The notes: generated from the sequence alone by a model not told the origin. Positions 42,480 to 51,610 are shown, counted from the stretch's first letter. The stretch: 64,000 bases of DNA from Akkermansiaceae bacterium (GCA_029253285.1 JAQWZU010000056.1:12425-76424); one strand, 5' to 3'. Translations and numbers: made by a program.

Positions 42480-43367
42480 ATGAAACCCGGCTATGAGCCC
42501 CCCCGTCCACCACAGGGGCCTGGTTATGGCAGACCTCCGGGAGCCTTCGACGGAGCCCCGGTGACCAGATGGCTCTTCGTTTCCAATATCGCCGTCTTTT
42601 TCCTCAATATCCTTCTCACCTCCGAGGGACAAATCCCACCACTAACTTTATGGGGATATTTCAGTGTCGACCAAGGATTTTACCACCTTCAAATCTGGCG
42701 CGTCCTCACCTTCCAATTCCTCCACGCTGACATTGGTCATCTTCTGTCGAACATGATCGGCATTTATTTCTTCGCACCCCACTTGGAGCGATGGATGAGT
42801 AGCCGGATCTTCACCTTTTACTATCTTCTTTGCGGGATCGCAGGGGTTCTTTTCTACACCTTCCTCGCCCTCTTCACCAATCTCTTTGGCGAATACGGAA
42901 CCATGAACCCAATGGTTGGTGCCTCGGCTGGGATCTTCGGAATTCTGGCCGCTTTCTACTTCATCGCCCCAAATGCCCGGGTCCTCCTTTTCTTTGTCAT
43001 CCCTATGAAGATGCGGACTCTGGGAATTATTTTCTTCGCCTACGAAGTCTTCAACATTCTCAGTCAGGGCTGGAACTACGGCGGATCAGTGGGCCACCTC
43101 GGCGGCGCCCTGCTTGGAATCCTCATCATGAAAAATTCCACCGCCAAAAAATTGCTCACCTCCCTGGCCGCCATCGGCACCGGCACCCGCACGAAGAGCC
43201 ACTCAAAAGGGAAATTTAAGGACGCCCAGATTGTGCGCGAGAGCAATCGCTCACCCATTGAGATCACCGAAGAAGTGAACCGCATCCTCGATAAAATTTC
43301 CGAGGAGGGCATCCAGTCCCTCACTCCCAAAGAACGTGAAACCCTCGACCGCTCCCGCAAAAATTAA
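42480..43367 (+). CDS. rhomboid-family intramembrane serine protease
   Basis: The start is set at the ATG at 42480 (the ORF-track start at 42456 is GTG). It carries WRVLTFQFLHADIGHLLSNM, the catalytic GASAGIFG, and GHLGGALLG. A soluble C-terminal tail reads EEVNRILDKISEEGIQSLTPKERETL. Confidence 0.85.
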   Translation: MKPGYEPPRPPQGPGYGRPPGAFDGAPVTRWLFVSNIAVFFLNILLTSEGQIPPLTLWGYFSVDQGFYHLQIWRVLTFQFLHADIGHLLSNMIGIYFFAPHLERWMSSRIFTFYYLLCGIAGVLFYTFLALFTNLFGEYGTMNPMVGASAGIFGILAAFYFIAPNARVLLFFVIPMKMRTLGIIFFAYEVFNILSQGWNYGGSVGHLGGALLGILIMKNSTAKKLLTSLAAIGTGTRTKSHSKGKFKDAQIVRESNRSPIEITEEVNRILDKISEEGIQSLTPKERETLDRSRKN

Positions 43368-44179
43368 TGACCGATGAAGAAATGATCTCCTGCCCGGAGC
43401 CCGACCGCCAAATCGACCGGCTCCGCGCTATCATGCATCGTCTTCGTGCCCCCGGCGGTTGTCCATGGGACGCCGAGCAAACTCATGATTCCCTCGTCTC
43501 CAATCTTATCGAGGAAACTTACGAAACCGTTGCCGCCATCAAGGCTAACGACGACGAAAATCTTCAAGAGGAACTCGGCGACCTTCTCTTGCAGGTTGTC
43601 TTCCACGCCGAGCTCGCCGAAGAAGACAAACGCTTCGATCTCAACGACATCGCCCGCGGCATCAGCGACAAACTCGTCCGCCGTCATCCCCACGTCTATG
43701 GCAACTCTGCCGTCGGCACCACCGATGGTGTCCTCGCCCAGTGGGAAGACATCAAGCGCGCCGAAAAAGGCGACGAAGAAAAACCCTTCCTCCACGGGGT
43801 TGGCAAAGGCCTCCCCGCCCTCCTTCGCTCCGCCAAGCTCCAAAAGAAAGCCAGCAAGGTCGGCTTCGACTGGCCCTGCACCGTGGGTATTGTCGAAAAG
43901 ATCGACGAGGAACTCGCCGAGGTCCGCGAGGAACTCGCTAAACACACCGAGGGAGAAAAAGCTTCTTCCGAACTTCAGGCCGAGATCGGCGACCTCCTCT
44001 TCATTGTCACCAATCTCGCCCGCAAACTCGGCGTCGACCCCGAAGCCGCTCTCGAAGGCACCAACGAAAAATTCCTCCACCGCTTCGCCCAAATCGAAAA
44101 GGGGCTCAAGGAACAAGGCTCCTCACTCGAAAAAGCGAGCCTTGAAGAAATGAATGAGATCTGGAACGCCGCGAAGTAG
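43367..44179 (+). CDS. mazG: nucleoside triphosphate pyrophosphohydrolase MazG
   Basis: 270 aa with GGCPWDAEQTHDSLVSNLIEETYE and a duplicated EExxE/D MazG core. The ATG overlaps the rhomboid TAA (TAATG). Confidence 0.9.
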   Translation: MTDEEMISCPEPDRQIDRLRAIMHRLRAPGGCPWDAEQTHDSLVSNLIEETYETVAAIKANDDENLQEELGDLLLQVVFHAELAEEDKRFDLNDIARGISDKLVRRHPHVYGNSAVGTTDGVLAQWEDIKRAEKGDEEKPFLHGVGKGLPALLRSAKLQKKASKVGFDWPCTVGIVEKIDEELAEVREELAKHTEGEKASSELQAEIGDLLFIVTNLARKLGVDPEAALEGTNEKFLHRFAQIEKGLKEQGSSLEKASLEEMNEIWNAAK

Positions 44180-44423
44180 GGCTCATGACAAACGGTCCAT
44201 TCAGTTACAATGGCTGAAAGTCGAATTCACGCAGGACCTGCGAGCCGATGATGTCGTCGTCAATTTACAGTTTTCTTCCGACCTCATCAACTGGTCCGAA
44301 GTCTCCCGGAAAATGAATTCCACCTACCTCGGCAATCACGGCATGCAAATCATGCTGGAAGCCCCGCTCTCCGAGCTTCCTGATAGCAATACCTTCTTCC
44401 GGGTTCACTTACTACTCCGTTAG
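44154..44423 (+). CDS. hypothetical 89-aa ORF; orphan copy of a C-terminal domain motif (SSDLINWSE ... FFRV)
   Basis: It shares LxxSxDLxNWSE and an (F/Y)FR(V/F) tail with the C-terminus of the peroxidase at 21593..22993. It overlaps the mazG 3' end by 26 nt, and coding status is uncertain. Confidence 0.3.
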   Translation: MRSGTPRSRAHDKRSIQLQWLKVEFTQDLRADDVVVNLQFSSDLINWSEVSRKMNSTYLGNHGMQIMLEAPLSELPDSNTFFRVHLLLR

Positions 44424-44484
44424 CCGTTCAATCCCCGTGATAAAGTATTTGCCCTTTCGGTCGCCCTCCCCTATTGCCCTCCCC

Positions 44485-44574
44485 GTCAGGAGTCACGGAG
44501 TGTGGGCTTGTGGACCCGGTCAGGACGGAAACGTAGCAGCCGCAGCTTGTCCTACATTGCCGTGGCTTTCTGGC
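44485..44574 (+). ncRNA. ffs: signal recognition particle RNA (small bacterial 4.5S type)
   Basis: CCCGGUCAGGACGGAAACGUAGCAGCCGCAGC matches the conserved domain IV of 4.5S RNA (compare E. coli CCAGGUCAGGUCCGGAAGGAAGCAGCCAAGGCAG) and includes a GGAA tetraloop at 44527..44530. The flanking arms pair (CAGGA-GUCACGG with CCGUGGC-u-UUCUG), giving a hairpin of about 90 nt. The ends are approximate. Confidence 0.8.
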
Positions 44575-44602
44575 ACTTATTTTCATTTCCAATCCACAAA
44601 GA

Positions 44603-44632
44603 GCCGCCGGTCCCCAAGCCGGTGGCTTTTTT
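44603..44632 (+). terminator. rho-independent terminator downstream of the SRP RNA
   Basis: GCCGCCGG-tccccaag-CCGGTGGC is followed by TTTTTT. Confidence 0.8.
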
Positions 44633-44670
44633 GTGGTCATCTTGATCCGCCTCGGTAGCCTCGCACCGTC

Positions 44671-45636
44671 ATGTCAGCGCACCTCTTCCCCGACGGATCA
44701 TCCTTTCCCTCTCCCGGTCTCGGCACCTGGAAAATCCCCGAAGACCTCACCCCCCAAATCGTCCACGAAGCGATCGAGATCGGATACCGTCATCTCGACT
44801 GTGCTTGCGACTACGGCAACGAATCCTTCGTCGGCCAAGGCATCAAATCCGCCCTCGACGCCGGGCTCTGCTCCCGCGATGACCTCTGGGTCACGAGCAA
44901 ACTCTGGAACACATACCACGAGCCTCAACACGTCCGCGCCGCCTGCGAAAAGTCACTCGCCGATCTCGGGCTCGACTACCTCGATCTCTACCTCGTCCAC
45001 TTTCCCATCGCCCTCGAGTTTGTTCCCTTCGACGAAATGTATCCGCCGGGTTGGACCGCAGGAAAAGACGCGATGTCTCCGATCAAAGTCCCCTACTCCG
45101 ACACCTGGAAAGCAATGGAGGAACTCGTCGACGCCGGACTCGTCAAGAGAATCGGCGTTTGCAATCTCACCACCAGCTCGCTGCGCGACGTTCTCTCTTA
45201 CGCCCGCATCAAGCCCGCGGTGCACCAGATCGAGCTTCATCCCTACCTCACCCAAAACGCCATGGTGCGCTATTGCCAGGAAGAAGACATCGCCATCACG
45301 GCCTTCTCGCCTTTCGGGGCCGATTCCTATCTCCCGCTCGATATGGCCGGGGAAAATGAACGCGTCCTGACTAATCCTGTCCTTCTCAAAATCGCGGAAG
45401 CCCATGAGCGCACCCCCGCGCAGGTCGTCCTTCGCTGGGCGATGCAACGCGGCACCATTCCCATCCCAAAGACCCAATCTTCCCAACATCTCCGCGAAAA
45501 TCTCGATCTCTTCGAATTCACCTTGAGCGAAGAAGAACTCGCTGCCATCACCGCTCTGGACCAACATCGCCGCTTCAACGACCCGGCCGTCTTTGGCGAA
45601 AACGCCTTCAATACTTTCTACCCCATCTTTGATTAA
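44671..45636 (+). CDS. aldo/keto reductase (aldose/xylose-reductase-like)
   Basis: 321 aa with AKR blocks GYRHLDCACDYGNE, LWVTSKLWNT, LDYLDLYLVHFP and IPKTQSSQHLRENL. Confidence 0.85.
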   Translation: MSAHLFPDGSSFPSPGLGTWKIPEDLTPQIVHEAIEIGYRHLDCACDYGNESFVGQGIKSALDAGLCSRDDLWVTSKLWNTYHEPQHVRAACEKSLADLGLDYLDLYLVHFPIALEFVPFDEMYPPGWTAGKDAMSPIKVPYSDTWKAMEELVDAGLVKRIGVCNLTTSSLRDVLSYARIKPAVHQIELHPYLTQNAMVRYCQEEDIAITAFSPFGADSYLPLDMAGENERVLTNPVLLKIAEAHERTPAQVVLRWAMQRGTIPIPKTQSSQHLRENLDLFEFTLSEEELAAITALDQHRRFNDPAVFGENAFNTFYPIFD

Positions 45637-46344
45637 ATGAAACCTCTCTCAGGAAAAACAGCCATCGTCACCGGCGGTGGAAGCGGCATCGGGCTCGGCA
45701 CCGCGCAAGCCCTCGCCGAAGCCGGATGCTCCGTCACCATCTGCGGACGCAACGAAGACAAACTCAGGGCCGTCGCCGGAGAAAACCTCAAGATCAAAGC
45801 CTGCGACATCTCCGACCGGGAGCAAGTCATCACGACCTTCCAGGAACTCGGCGTGCCCGACATCATCGTCAATGCCGCCGGGGTCAATATCGCGAAGCGT
45901 TCGGTCAAAGAGCTCGCGCCCGAAGACTTCGACAAGCTCGTCGCGATTAATTGCACCGGTTTCTACAACATCGTCCACGCCGCCCTTCCCGAAATGCGTG
46001 AGCGCGGCGACGGGCTTGTCTTTAGCATCTCCTCCATCGCAGGCAAACGCGCCTATCCGCTCGCGGGCATGGCTTACGCTGCCTCAAAATTCGGCGTCAG
46101 CGGGATCGCCTCTGCCATCAACGCCGAAGAAGCCGACAGCGGCGTGCGCATCACCAGCATTTATCCCGGAGAGGTCAACACCCCCATCCTCGACGAACGA
46201 CCCGTCCCCGTCCCCGATGAGAAGAAAGCCCGCATGGTCCACCCTGAGGACATCGCCTCCCTCATTGTCGCCATCGCGCAACTCCCCAAGCACGTCGTCG
46301 TGCCAGAGTTAGTGATCAAGCCGACTTATCAGGAGTTCATTTAG
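45637..46344 (+). CDS. short-chain dehydrogenase/reductase (classical SDR)
   Basis: 235 aa with TGGGSGIG, NAAG and the YAASK catalytic motif. Its start is adjacent to the AKR stop. Confidence 0.85.
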   Translation: MKPLSGKTAIVTGGGSGIGLGTAQALAEAGCSVTICGRNEDKLRAVAGENLKIKACDISDREQVITTFQELGVPDIIVNAAGVNIAKRSVKELAPEDFDKLVAINCTGFYNIVHAALPEMRERGDGLVFSISSIAGKRAYPLAGMAYAASKFGVSGIASAINAEEADSGVRITSIYPGEVNTPILDERPVPVPDEKKARMVHPEDIASLIVAIAQLPKHVVVPELVIKPTYQEFI

Positions 46345-46390
46345 GGCCTCAATGCTTGCGGGATTCCTCCTCAATCTCTAGACCTTTCCC

Positions 46391-47455
46391 ATGTCAGTTT
46401 ATGTTGTCACCGGATCAGACGAAGGACGCGTCGCGGAAGAAGCGGCCGCTCTTTTCGAGAAACTGAAGCCACCCGGCAGCGACGAATTTGCCAACGAAAT
46501 CATCGAAGGCGTGGCAGACAATGCTGAAAACGCATTCCAAAAAGCCGCCTCGGCCAACGAAGCGCTCCAAACCATCGGCTTCTTCGGCGGCGACAAGGTC
46601 GTTTGGCTCAAGGGGGCCAACTTCCTCGGCAACGACCGCTCCAGCGAAGCCGAACGTGCGGTCTCGGGCGTGGAAAATCTCCTCGAAACCCTCCAGGCTG
46701 GACTTCCACCGGGCGTCATTTTTCTCGTCAGCTCAAATGCCATCAACGGCGTACGCCGCTTTGGGAAGTGGCTCAAAAAAAACGCGGACTATCGTTCTTA
46801 CGACAAGATCGACATCTCCAAGGAGGGCTGGGAGGAACAAGTCGCCATCAAAGCCGGTCGCCTCGCCCGCGAATCCGGTATGACTTTGCAAGACGAGGCC
46901 CTCGCTCTCTTCGTGCAACGCGCTGGTGCCGAGACCCGACAAATCAACAACGAGATCAACAAGCTCGATCTCTATCTCGGCAAGGAGCGACGCGATGTCA
47001 CCGTCGAAGACGTTGAACTCATCGTCCCAGTCAGTCACAAAGGTGTTATTTGGGAAATCTCCCGAGCTATCGAAAAACGCGATGCCAAACGTGCGATCCA
47101 CCTCATCGATTCCCTTCTCACTAAAAACGAAAATGCGGTGGGCTTGATCAAAGCCTCCATCATCCCGACGGTGCGAAATCTCTTCTTTGCCAAGCTCGCC
47201 GAACCCTACGGCTCGGTGAACAGCGCACCCGAAGCAGTCAAGGCGGTTCTCCCCAAAAAGAAAGACGGCACCATCAACACCTGGGGGCTTAAGATGGCCG
47301 CACAAGCAGCCCGCCGCTTCACCCTGCCCCAACTTCAAAAGGGCATGGAGCATTGCCTCGCCGGGGACAAAGCCCTCGTCACCTCCTCCCAGGATCCCCG
47401 GATGGTTCTTCATCGTCTCGTGATTCAACTCTGCGATATATCACGCGCCGCGTAG
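46391..47455 (+). CDS. holA: DNA polymerase III subunit delta
   Basis: 354 aa with HolA-like organisation (N-terminal VYVVTGSDE, central LQDEALALFVQRAGAETRQINNEINKLDLY). This is a family-level call made from pattern only. Confidence 0.6.
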   Translation: MSVYVVTGSDEGRVAEEAAALFEKLKPPGSDEFANEIIEGVADNAENAFQKAASANEALQTIGFFGGDKVVWLKGANFLGNDRSSEAERAVSGVENLLETLQAGLPPGVIFLVSSNAINGVRRFGKWLKKNADYRSYDKIDISKEGWEEQVAIKAGRLARESGMTLQDEALALFVQRAGAETRQINNEINKLDLYLGKERRDVTVEDVELIVPVSHKGVIWEISRAIEKRDAKRAIHLIDSLLTKNENAVGLIKASIIPTVRNLFFAKLAEPYGSVNSAPEAVKAVLPKKKDGTINTWGLKMAAQAARRFTLPQLQKGMEHCLAGDKALVTSSQDPRMVLHRLVIQLCDISRAA

Positions 47456-47476
47456 CCCGCCTCTCAGAAAGCACTC

Positions 47477-47489
47477 CTGCCTTGGCGGA
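47477..47489 (+). repeat. 13-mer CTGCCTTGGCGGA, copy 1 of a near-identical pair
   Basis: It matches 47659..47671 at 12 of 13 positions. Both copies lie in the holA-PQQ intergenic region. Confidence 0.25.
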
Positions 47490-47658
47490 AAGCCAGTTGA
47501 ACTGGAGCCCCGGACCATTTTGGACGCTCTGAGGAAAACCACCGCTAACTTTAAACTCAAAAACGAGATCATCTGGCAGAATCGAAAAGGTCATCGGTGG
47601 ATGGCAGAGGGCATCTTCGCGAGAGTTGTAGGCAGCTAGCATGATCCCGCCCCATCCG

Positions 47659-47671
47659 CTGCCTTGACGGA
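47659..47671 (+). repeat. 13-mer CTGCCTTGACGGA, copy 2
   Basis: See copy 1. In both copies the match continues loosely to ..AGCC. Confidence 0.25.
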
Positions 47672-47710
47672 TGAGCCTGAAAAGTTGAGAGTTTCGCCCC
47701 TGATCGTCGT

Positions 47711-50002
47711 ATGAAACACCTCATGAACCTCCGTTCCATGCTCTTCGGAGCCCTTCTTATCTCTGGCACCGCCTTTGCCGAGCCCGCCGAGGGCTGGCTG
47801 AGCTGGCGTGGCCCCAATCAAAATGGCACCTCCAATGAAACTGGCCTTCCCGACAAGTGGGAACCCGGCGCAGAGAACCAGCTTTGGAAATATGGCCTCA
47901 ACGGCGCAGGCGCACCCGTCATTGCCAATGGCAAACTCTACGCCTTTGGATACGGACAGGAAGGCGACGACACGGCTGAGGGCGTGCAAGAAATTCTCCT
48001 CTGCCTCGATGCCAAGACCGGCGAGAAGCTTTGGGAAAAACGCTACAGCGATTACATCTCCGACGTTGTCTACAACCGCTACGGAATTGGGTCACCCATC
48101 GTTGATGCCGAAACCGGTAACATTTACCTTCAGATGTCCAACGGTCGCTGTGTCGCCGTCACACCCGAGGGCAAGGACATTTGGGAAATTTCCCTGATGG
48201 AAGAACTCGCCCGCCTTACCTTCCCGAACGGCCGCACCGGCTCCGCCGCCATCGACGGTCCTCTCGTTATCTTCCACTGCGTCACCGCCAACTGGGGCAC
48301 CACCGGGCCGGCTCGCGACCGTTTCTACGCTTTCGACAAACTCACCGGCGAGCTCGTCTGGTATTCCACTCCCGGCGTTCGCCCGGTGGATAGCTCCTTC
48401 TGCATGCCCGTCTTCGGACAACTCGGCGACCAGCGCGTCTTCTACGCCGGCACCGGTTGCGGCAACATCGTTTGTGTCAATGCCCGCACCGGCAAGCCCG
48501 TCTGGCGCTTCCAACTCTCGCAAGGTGGCGTCAACTCACAGGTCGTTCTTTATCAAGACAAGCTCATCGCCCTCCACGGCAAGGAAAACATCGACGCCAC
48601 CTCCAAAGGTCGCCTCGTTTGCATCAACATCCCCCAGGAATACCCTGCCGAGCAACTCGTCCTCGATAAGAGCGTGGAAGTGTGGCGCAACGACGACCAC
48701 ATCGGATTCACCAGCTCGCCTACCCTTGTTGAAGATCGCGTTTACACCACCAACTTCACCGGCGAACTCATCTGCGTCGATGCCGACTCCGGTAAGACCC
48801 TCTGGCAGGAAAAACTCGCTCCGGACCAAATCCACGCCTCGCCAGCCTACGGTGACGGCAAAATCTATGCTCCGTGGTTCGAGGGCTCACTCGCCATCGT
48901 CAAGCCCACGGACGCGAAAGCCGAGGTTCTTTCCAATGCTGAAATCAAAGCCACCGATGGCAGTGGCGTAAAAGCACTCGCCGCGCCCACTATCTGGGCC
49001 GGCAAGATTTACCTCTCCACCCGCGACGGCCTCTACTGCTTCGGCAACAAAGAGGGCAAGTATGTTGGAAAAAAAGACGACAACAAGGAAGCCGCTCTCG
49101 GCCCCGTCGCCCAACTTCAGATTGTTCCCGCGGAGTTCGCGATTGCCCCCGGCCAAAAGCAGGAATTCAAAGTTTACGGCCTCGATAAGAGCGGTCGCCG
49201 TGTCGAGATCATCACCGAAGACCTAAGCTGGGAAAAATTTATCCCGCCCACCGCCAAAGTGAAAGCCAAGGTCGATGCGACCCTTGATGCCAGGACCGGC
49301 ACCATCACCGCAGGCAAGGACGCGGCACTTTCCGCCGGAGCTTTGAAAGTCACTCACAAGGGCATGTCCGCCACAACCCGCGGACGCGTTGAAGCGACCA
49401 TCGGTTATACCGCCGACTTCGAAGACGTGGAACTTAAAATGGAATCTCCAGACGGCGTGAAAGTGAACTTCCCACCCCTCGCCTGGCTCGGTGCGCGCAT
49501 CAAATGGTATGTCCTTGAAAAGGACGGCTCCAAGGTCATCGCCAACCGCCTCGATAATGTTCTCTTCCAGCGGACGATGAATTTCTTCGGCGGCGAGGAC
49601 ATGACCAACTACGTCATTGAAGCCAACGTCATGACCGACGGAAACCGACGCATTAAGTCGGAGGTCGGCCTCATCAATCAACGGTACAAGATCAGCCTCG
49701 TCGGAAACAAAAACGTCCTCGAAGTTTCCAGCAACTACGAACGCGTCCAACAAGCGGTCAAATTTCCGGTTAAAGCCAACCAATGGTATCACCTCAAGAC
49801 CCACGTTAAAAACAATGGTGACGGCACTGGTGAAGTCCGCGCCAAGGCCTGGACCAAAGGCGAAGACGAACCCGCCGAATGGACCATCAAGGTTCCCGTC
49901 AAAAAACTCCACCCGCACGGTGCTCCCGGAATCTACGCCTTCTCTCCACAGGCTCAAAAGCGAGTCTACATCGACAACATCAAAATTTCCGCTGGCGAAT
50001 AA
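47711..50002 (+). CDS. secreted PQQ-like beta-propeller repeat protein with a C-terminal LamG/DUF1080-like jelly-roll domain
   Basis: 763 aa with a signal peptide (MKHLMNLRSMLFGALLISGTAFA). Propeller-type repeats recur (PVIANGKLYAFG, DAKTGEKLWE, NARTGKPVWRF, DADSGKTLWQ). The tail reads WYHLKTHV ... VYIDNIKIS. Confidence 0.75.
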   Translation: MKHLMNLRSMLFGALLISGTAFAEPAEGWLSWRGPNQNGTSNETGLPDKWEPGAENQLWKYGLNGAGAPVIANGKLYAFGYGQEGDDTAEGVQEILLCLDAKTGEKLWEKRYSDYISDVVYNRYGIGSPIVDAETGNIYLQMSNGRCVAVTPEGKDIWEISLMEELARLTFPNGRTGSAAIDGPLVIFHCVTANWGTTGPARDRFYAFDKLTGELVWYSTPGVRPVDSSFCMPVFGQLGDQRVFYAGTGCGNIVCVNARTGKPVWRFQLSQGGVNSQVVLYQDKLIALHGKENIDATSKGRLVCINIPQEYPAEQLVLDKSVEVWRNDDHIGFTSSPTLVEDRVYTTNFTGELICVDADSGKTLWQEKLAPDQIHASPAYGDGKIYAPWFEGSLAIVKPTDAKAEVLSNAEIKATDGSGVKALAAPTIWAGKIYLSTRDGLYCFGNKEGKYVGKKDDNKEAALGPVAQLQIVPAEFAIAPGQKQEFKVYGLDKSGRRVEIITEDLSWEKFIPPTAKVKAKVDATLDARTGTITAGKDAALSAGALKVTHKGMSATTRGRVEATIGYTADFEDVELKMESPDGVKVNFPPLAWLGARIKWYVLEKDGSKVIANRLDNVLFQRTMNFFGGEDMTNYVIEANVMTDGNRRIKSEVGLINQRYKISLVGNKNVLEVSSNYERVQQAVKFPVKANQWYHLKTHVKNNGDGTGEVRAKAWTKGEDEPAEWTIKVPVKKLHPHGAPGIYAFSPQAQKRVYIDNIKISAGE

Positions 50003-50035
50003 GCCCAGCCACTCAACCTTAGCAAAAGACACATC

Positions 50036-51553
50036 ATGAAAACCACCACCGGACTCCTCCTAACAGGGCTCGCCCTCTCAACCGCCGCCGCCGAAGACTG
50101 GCCCATGTGGGGCAAGGACGCATCCCGCAATATGGTCGGGAACGCCAAGAACCTCCCCGTCGACATCCATCCCGGAGAACTCGATGACGACACCGAAGCC
50201 GCCATCCTCAAAGACGCCAAGAACATCAAGTGGGCCGCCAAGCTTGGCTCCCAAGCCTACGGCAATGCCGTCATAGCCGGAGGTAAGGTCTTCGTCGGCA
50301 CCAACAACGAATCACCCCGCGACCCCGCGCAAAAAGGCGACCGCGGAGTGCTCATGGCCTTCGACGAAAAGACCGGCAGCTTCCTCTGGCAGCTCGTCAT
50401 TCCCAAGCTCGGCGCCGGCAAGGTAAGCGACTGGGAATACGTCGGACTTTGCTCCTCTCCTGCTATCGACGGTGATCGCATGTATCTCGTCACCAACCGC
50501 GGCGAAGTGATCTGTCTCGACGTGAACGGTATGGCCAACGGAAACGACGGCCCGTTTAAAGACGAAGCCAAATATTCTTCCGCGGCCAAAGACGGCACGC
50601 CTGTTAAAATTGGCACCCAATCTGCCGATATTATTTGGAAATACGACATGCGCGACGGAGACAACATTGGAACCTTTCCGCACAACGTCTCAAGTTGCTC
50701 ACCCGTCGTCGTCGGCGACATGCTCATCACCGCGACGTCCAACGGAGTCGATTGGTCCCACACTAACATCCCCGCGCCCAACGCCCCGTCTTTGATCGCT
50801 CTCAACAAAAAGACCGGGGAACTCATTGGCGAAGAAGTCTCCGAGGTCTCCACCCGCGTGCTCCACGCCAGTTGGTCCTCTCCCGCTCACGGAAAGATCG
50901 GCGATAAGAACGCAATCGTCTGGGGTGGCGGCGACGGATTCACCTACGCCTTCGACCCAAAAACGATCAAAGACGACGAAGGATTCGACATCTTCAAAGA
51001 ACTCTGGCGCATCGATTGTAATCCTCCCGAGTATCGGATGAAGGACGGCAAACCTATCAAATACGCCACCTACTCCGGCCCCAGTGAAATCATCGGCACC
51101 ACCATTATTGCCGATGGACTGATCTACGCTATCATCGGTCAGGACCCCGAGCACGGCGACGGCGTGGGCAATATTCTCTGCATCGGCCCCGACGGAAAGA
51201 CCGTTTGGAATTCCAAAGAGGTCGGACGTTCCATCTCCACACTCAGCGTGGCCGACGGACTCCTTTACGCAGCCGAATACGATGGTGACGTTCATTGCTA
51301 CGACGCCAAAACCGGCAAGCAACACTGGAAGCACGAAACCCAATCCCGTATCTGGGGATCTACCCTCGTTGCCGACGGCAAGGTCTGGATGGGAACCGAG
51401 GACGGCGAACTTCATATCCTGAAGGCCGGCAAGGAATACAAGTCCCTGGCCACTATCGAATTCCCCGCTCCAATTTACTCCAGCGCCGTGGCTGCCAACG
51501 ACGTCCTCTACATCGCCACCCAGACCCACCTCTACGCGATCGAAAAGAAGTAA
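50036..51553 (+). CDS. secreted PQQ-like beta-propeller repeat protein
   Basis: 505 aa with a signal peptide and repeats AGGKVFVGTNN, DEKTGSFLWQ, DGDRMYLVTN, NKKTGELIGE, DAKTGKQHWKH and VLYIATQTHLYAI. Confidence 0.75.
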   Translation: MKTTTGLLLTGLALSTAAAEDWPMWGKDASRNMVGNAKNLPVDIHPGELDDDTEAAILKDAKNIKWAAKLGSQAYGNAVIAGGKVFVGTNNESPRDPAQKGDRGVLMAFDEKTGSFLWQLVIPKLGAGKVSDWEYVGLCSSPAIDGDRMYLVTNRGEVICLDVNGMANGNDGPFKDEAKYSSAAKDGTPVKIGTQSADIIWKYDMRDGDNIGTFPHNVSSCSPVVVGDMLITATSNGVDWSHTNIPAPNAPSLIALNKKTGELIGEEVSEVSTRVLHASWSSPAHGKIGDKNAIVWGGGDGFTYAFDPKTIKDDEGFDIFKELWRIDCNPPEYRMKDGKPIKYATYSGPSEIIGTTIIADGLIYAIIGQDPEHGDGVGNILCIGPDGKTVWNSKEVGRSISTLSVADGLLYAAEYDGDVHCYDAKTGKQHWKHETQSRIWGSTLVADGKVWMGTEDGELHILKAGKEYKSLATIEFPAPIYSSAVAANDVLYIATQTHLYAIEKK

Positions 51554-51571
51554 GAACCAACTCTTTCCTCA

Positions 51572-51610
51572 AAATGGCGTCACGGCATTGCCGAGGCGCC
51601 ATTTATTGTT
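51572..51610 (+). terminator. rho-independent terminator after the second propeller gene
   Basis: AAATGGCG-tca-CGGCATTGCCG-agg-CGCCATTT is followed by ATTGTT. The outer stem is 8 bp, with an inner stem inside it. Confidence 0.55.

Noticed and set aside
43364-44116. 250-aa minus-strand ORF opposite mazG.
   Set aside because: It is a perfect antisense shadow of a well-supported MazG gene, with an E/F/G/A/V-rich low-complexity translation.
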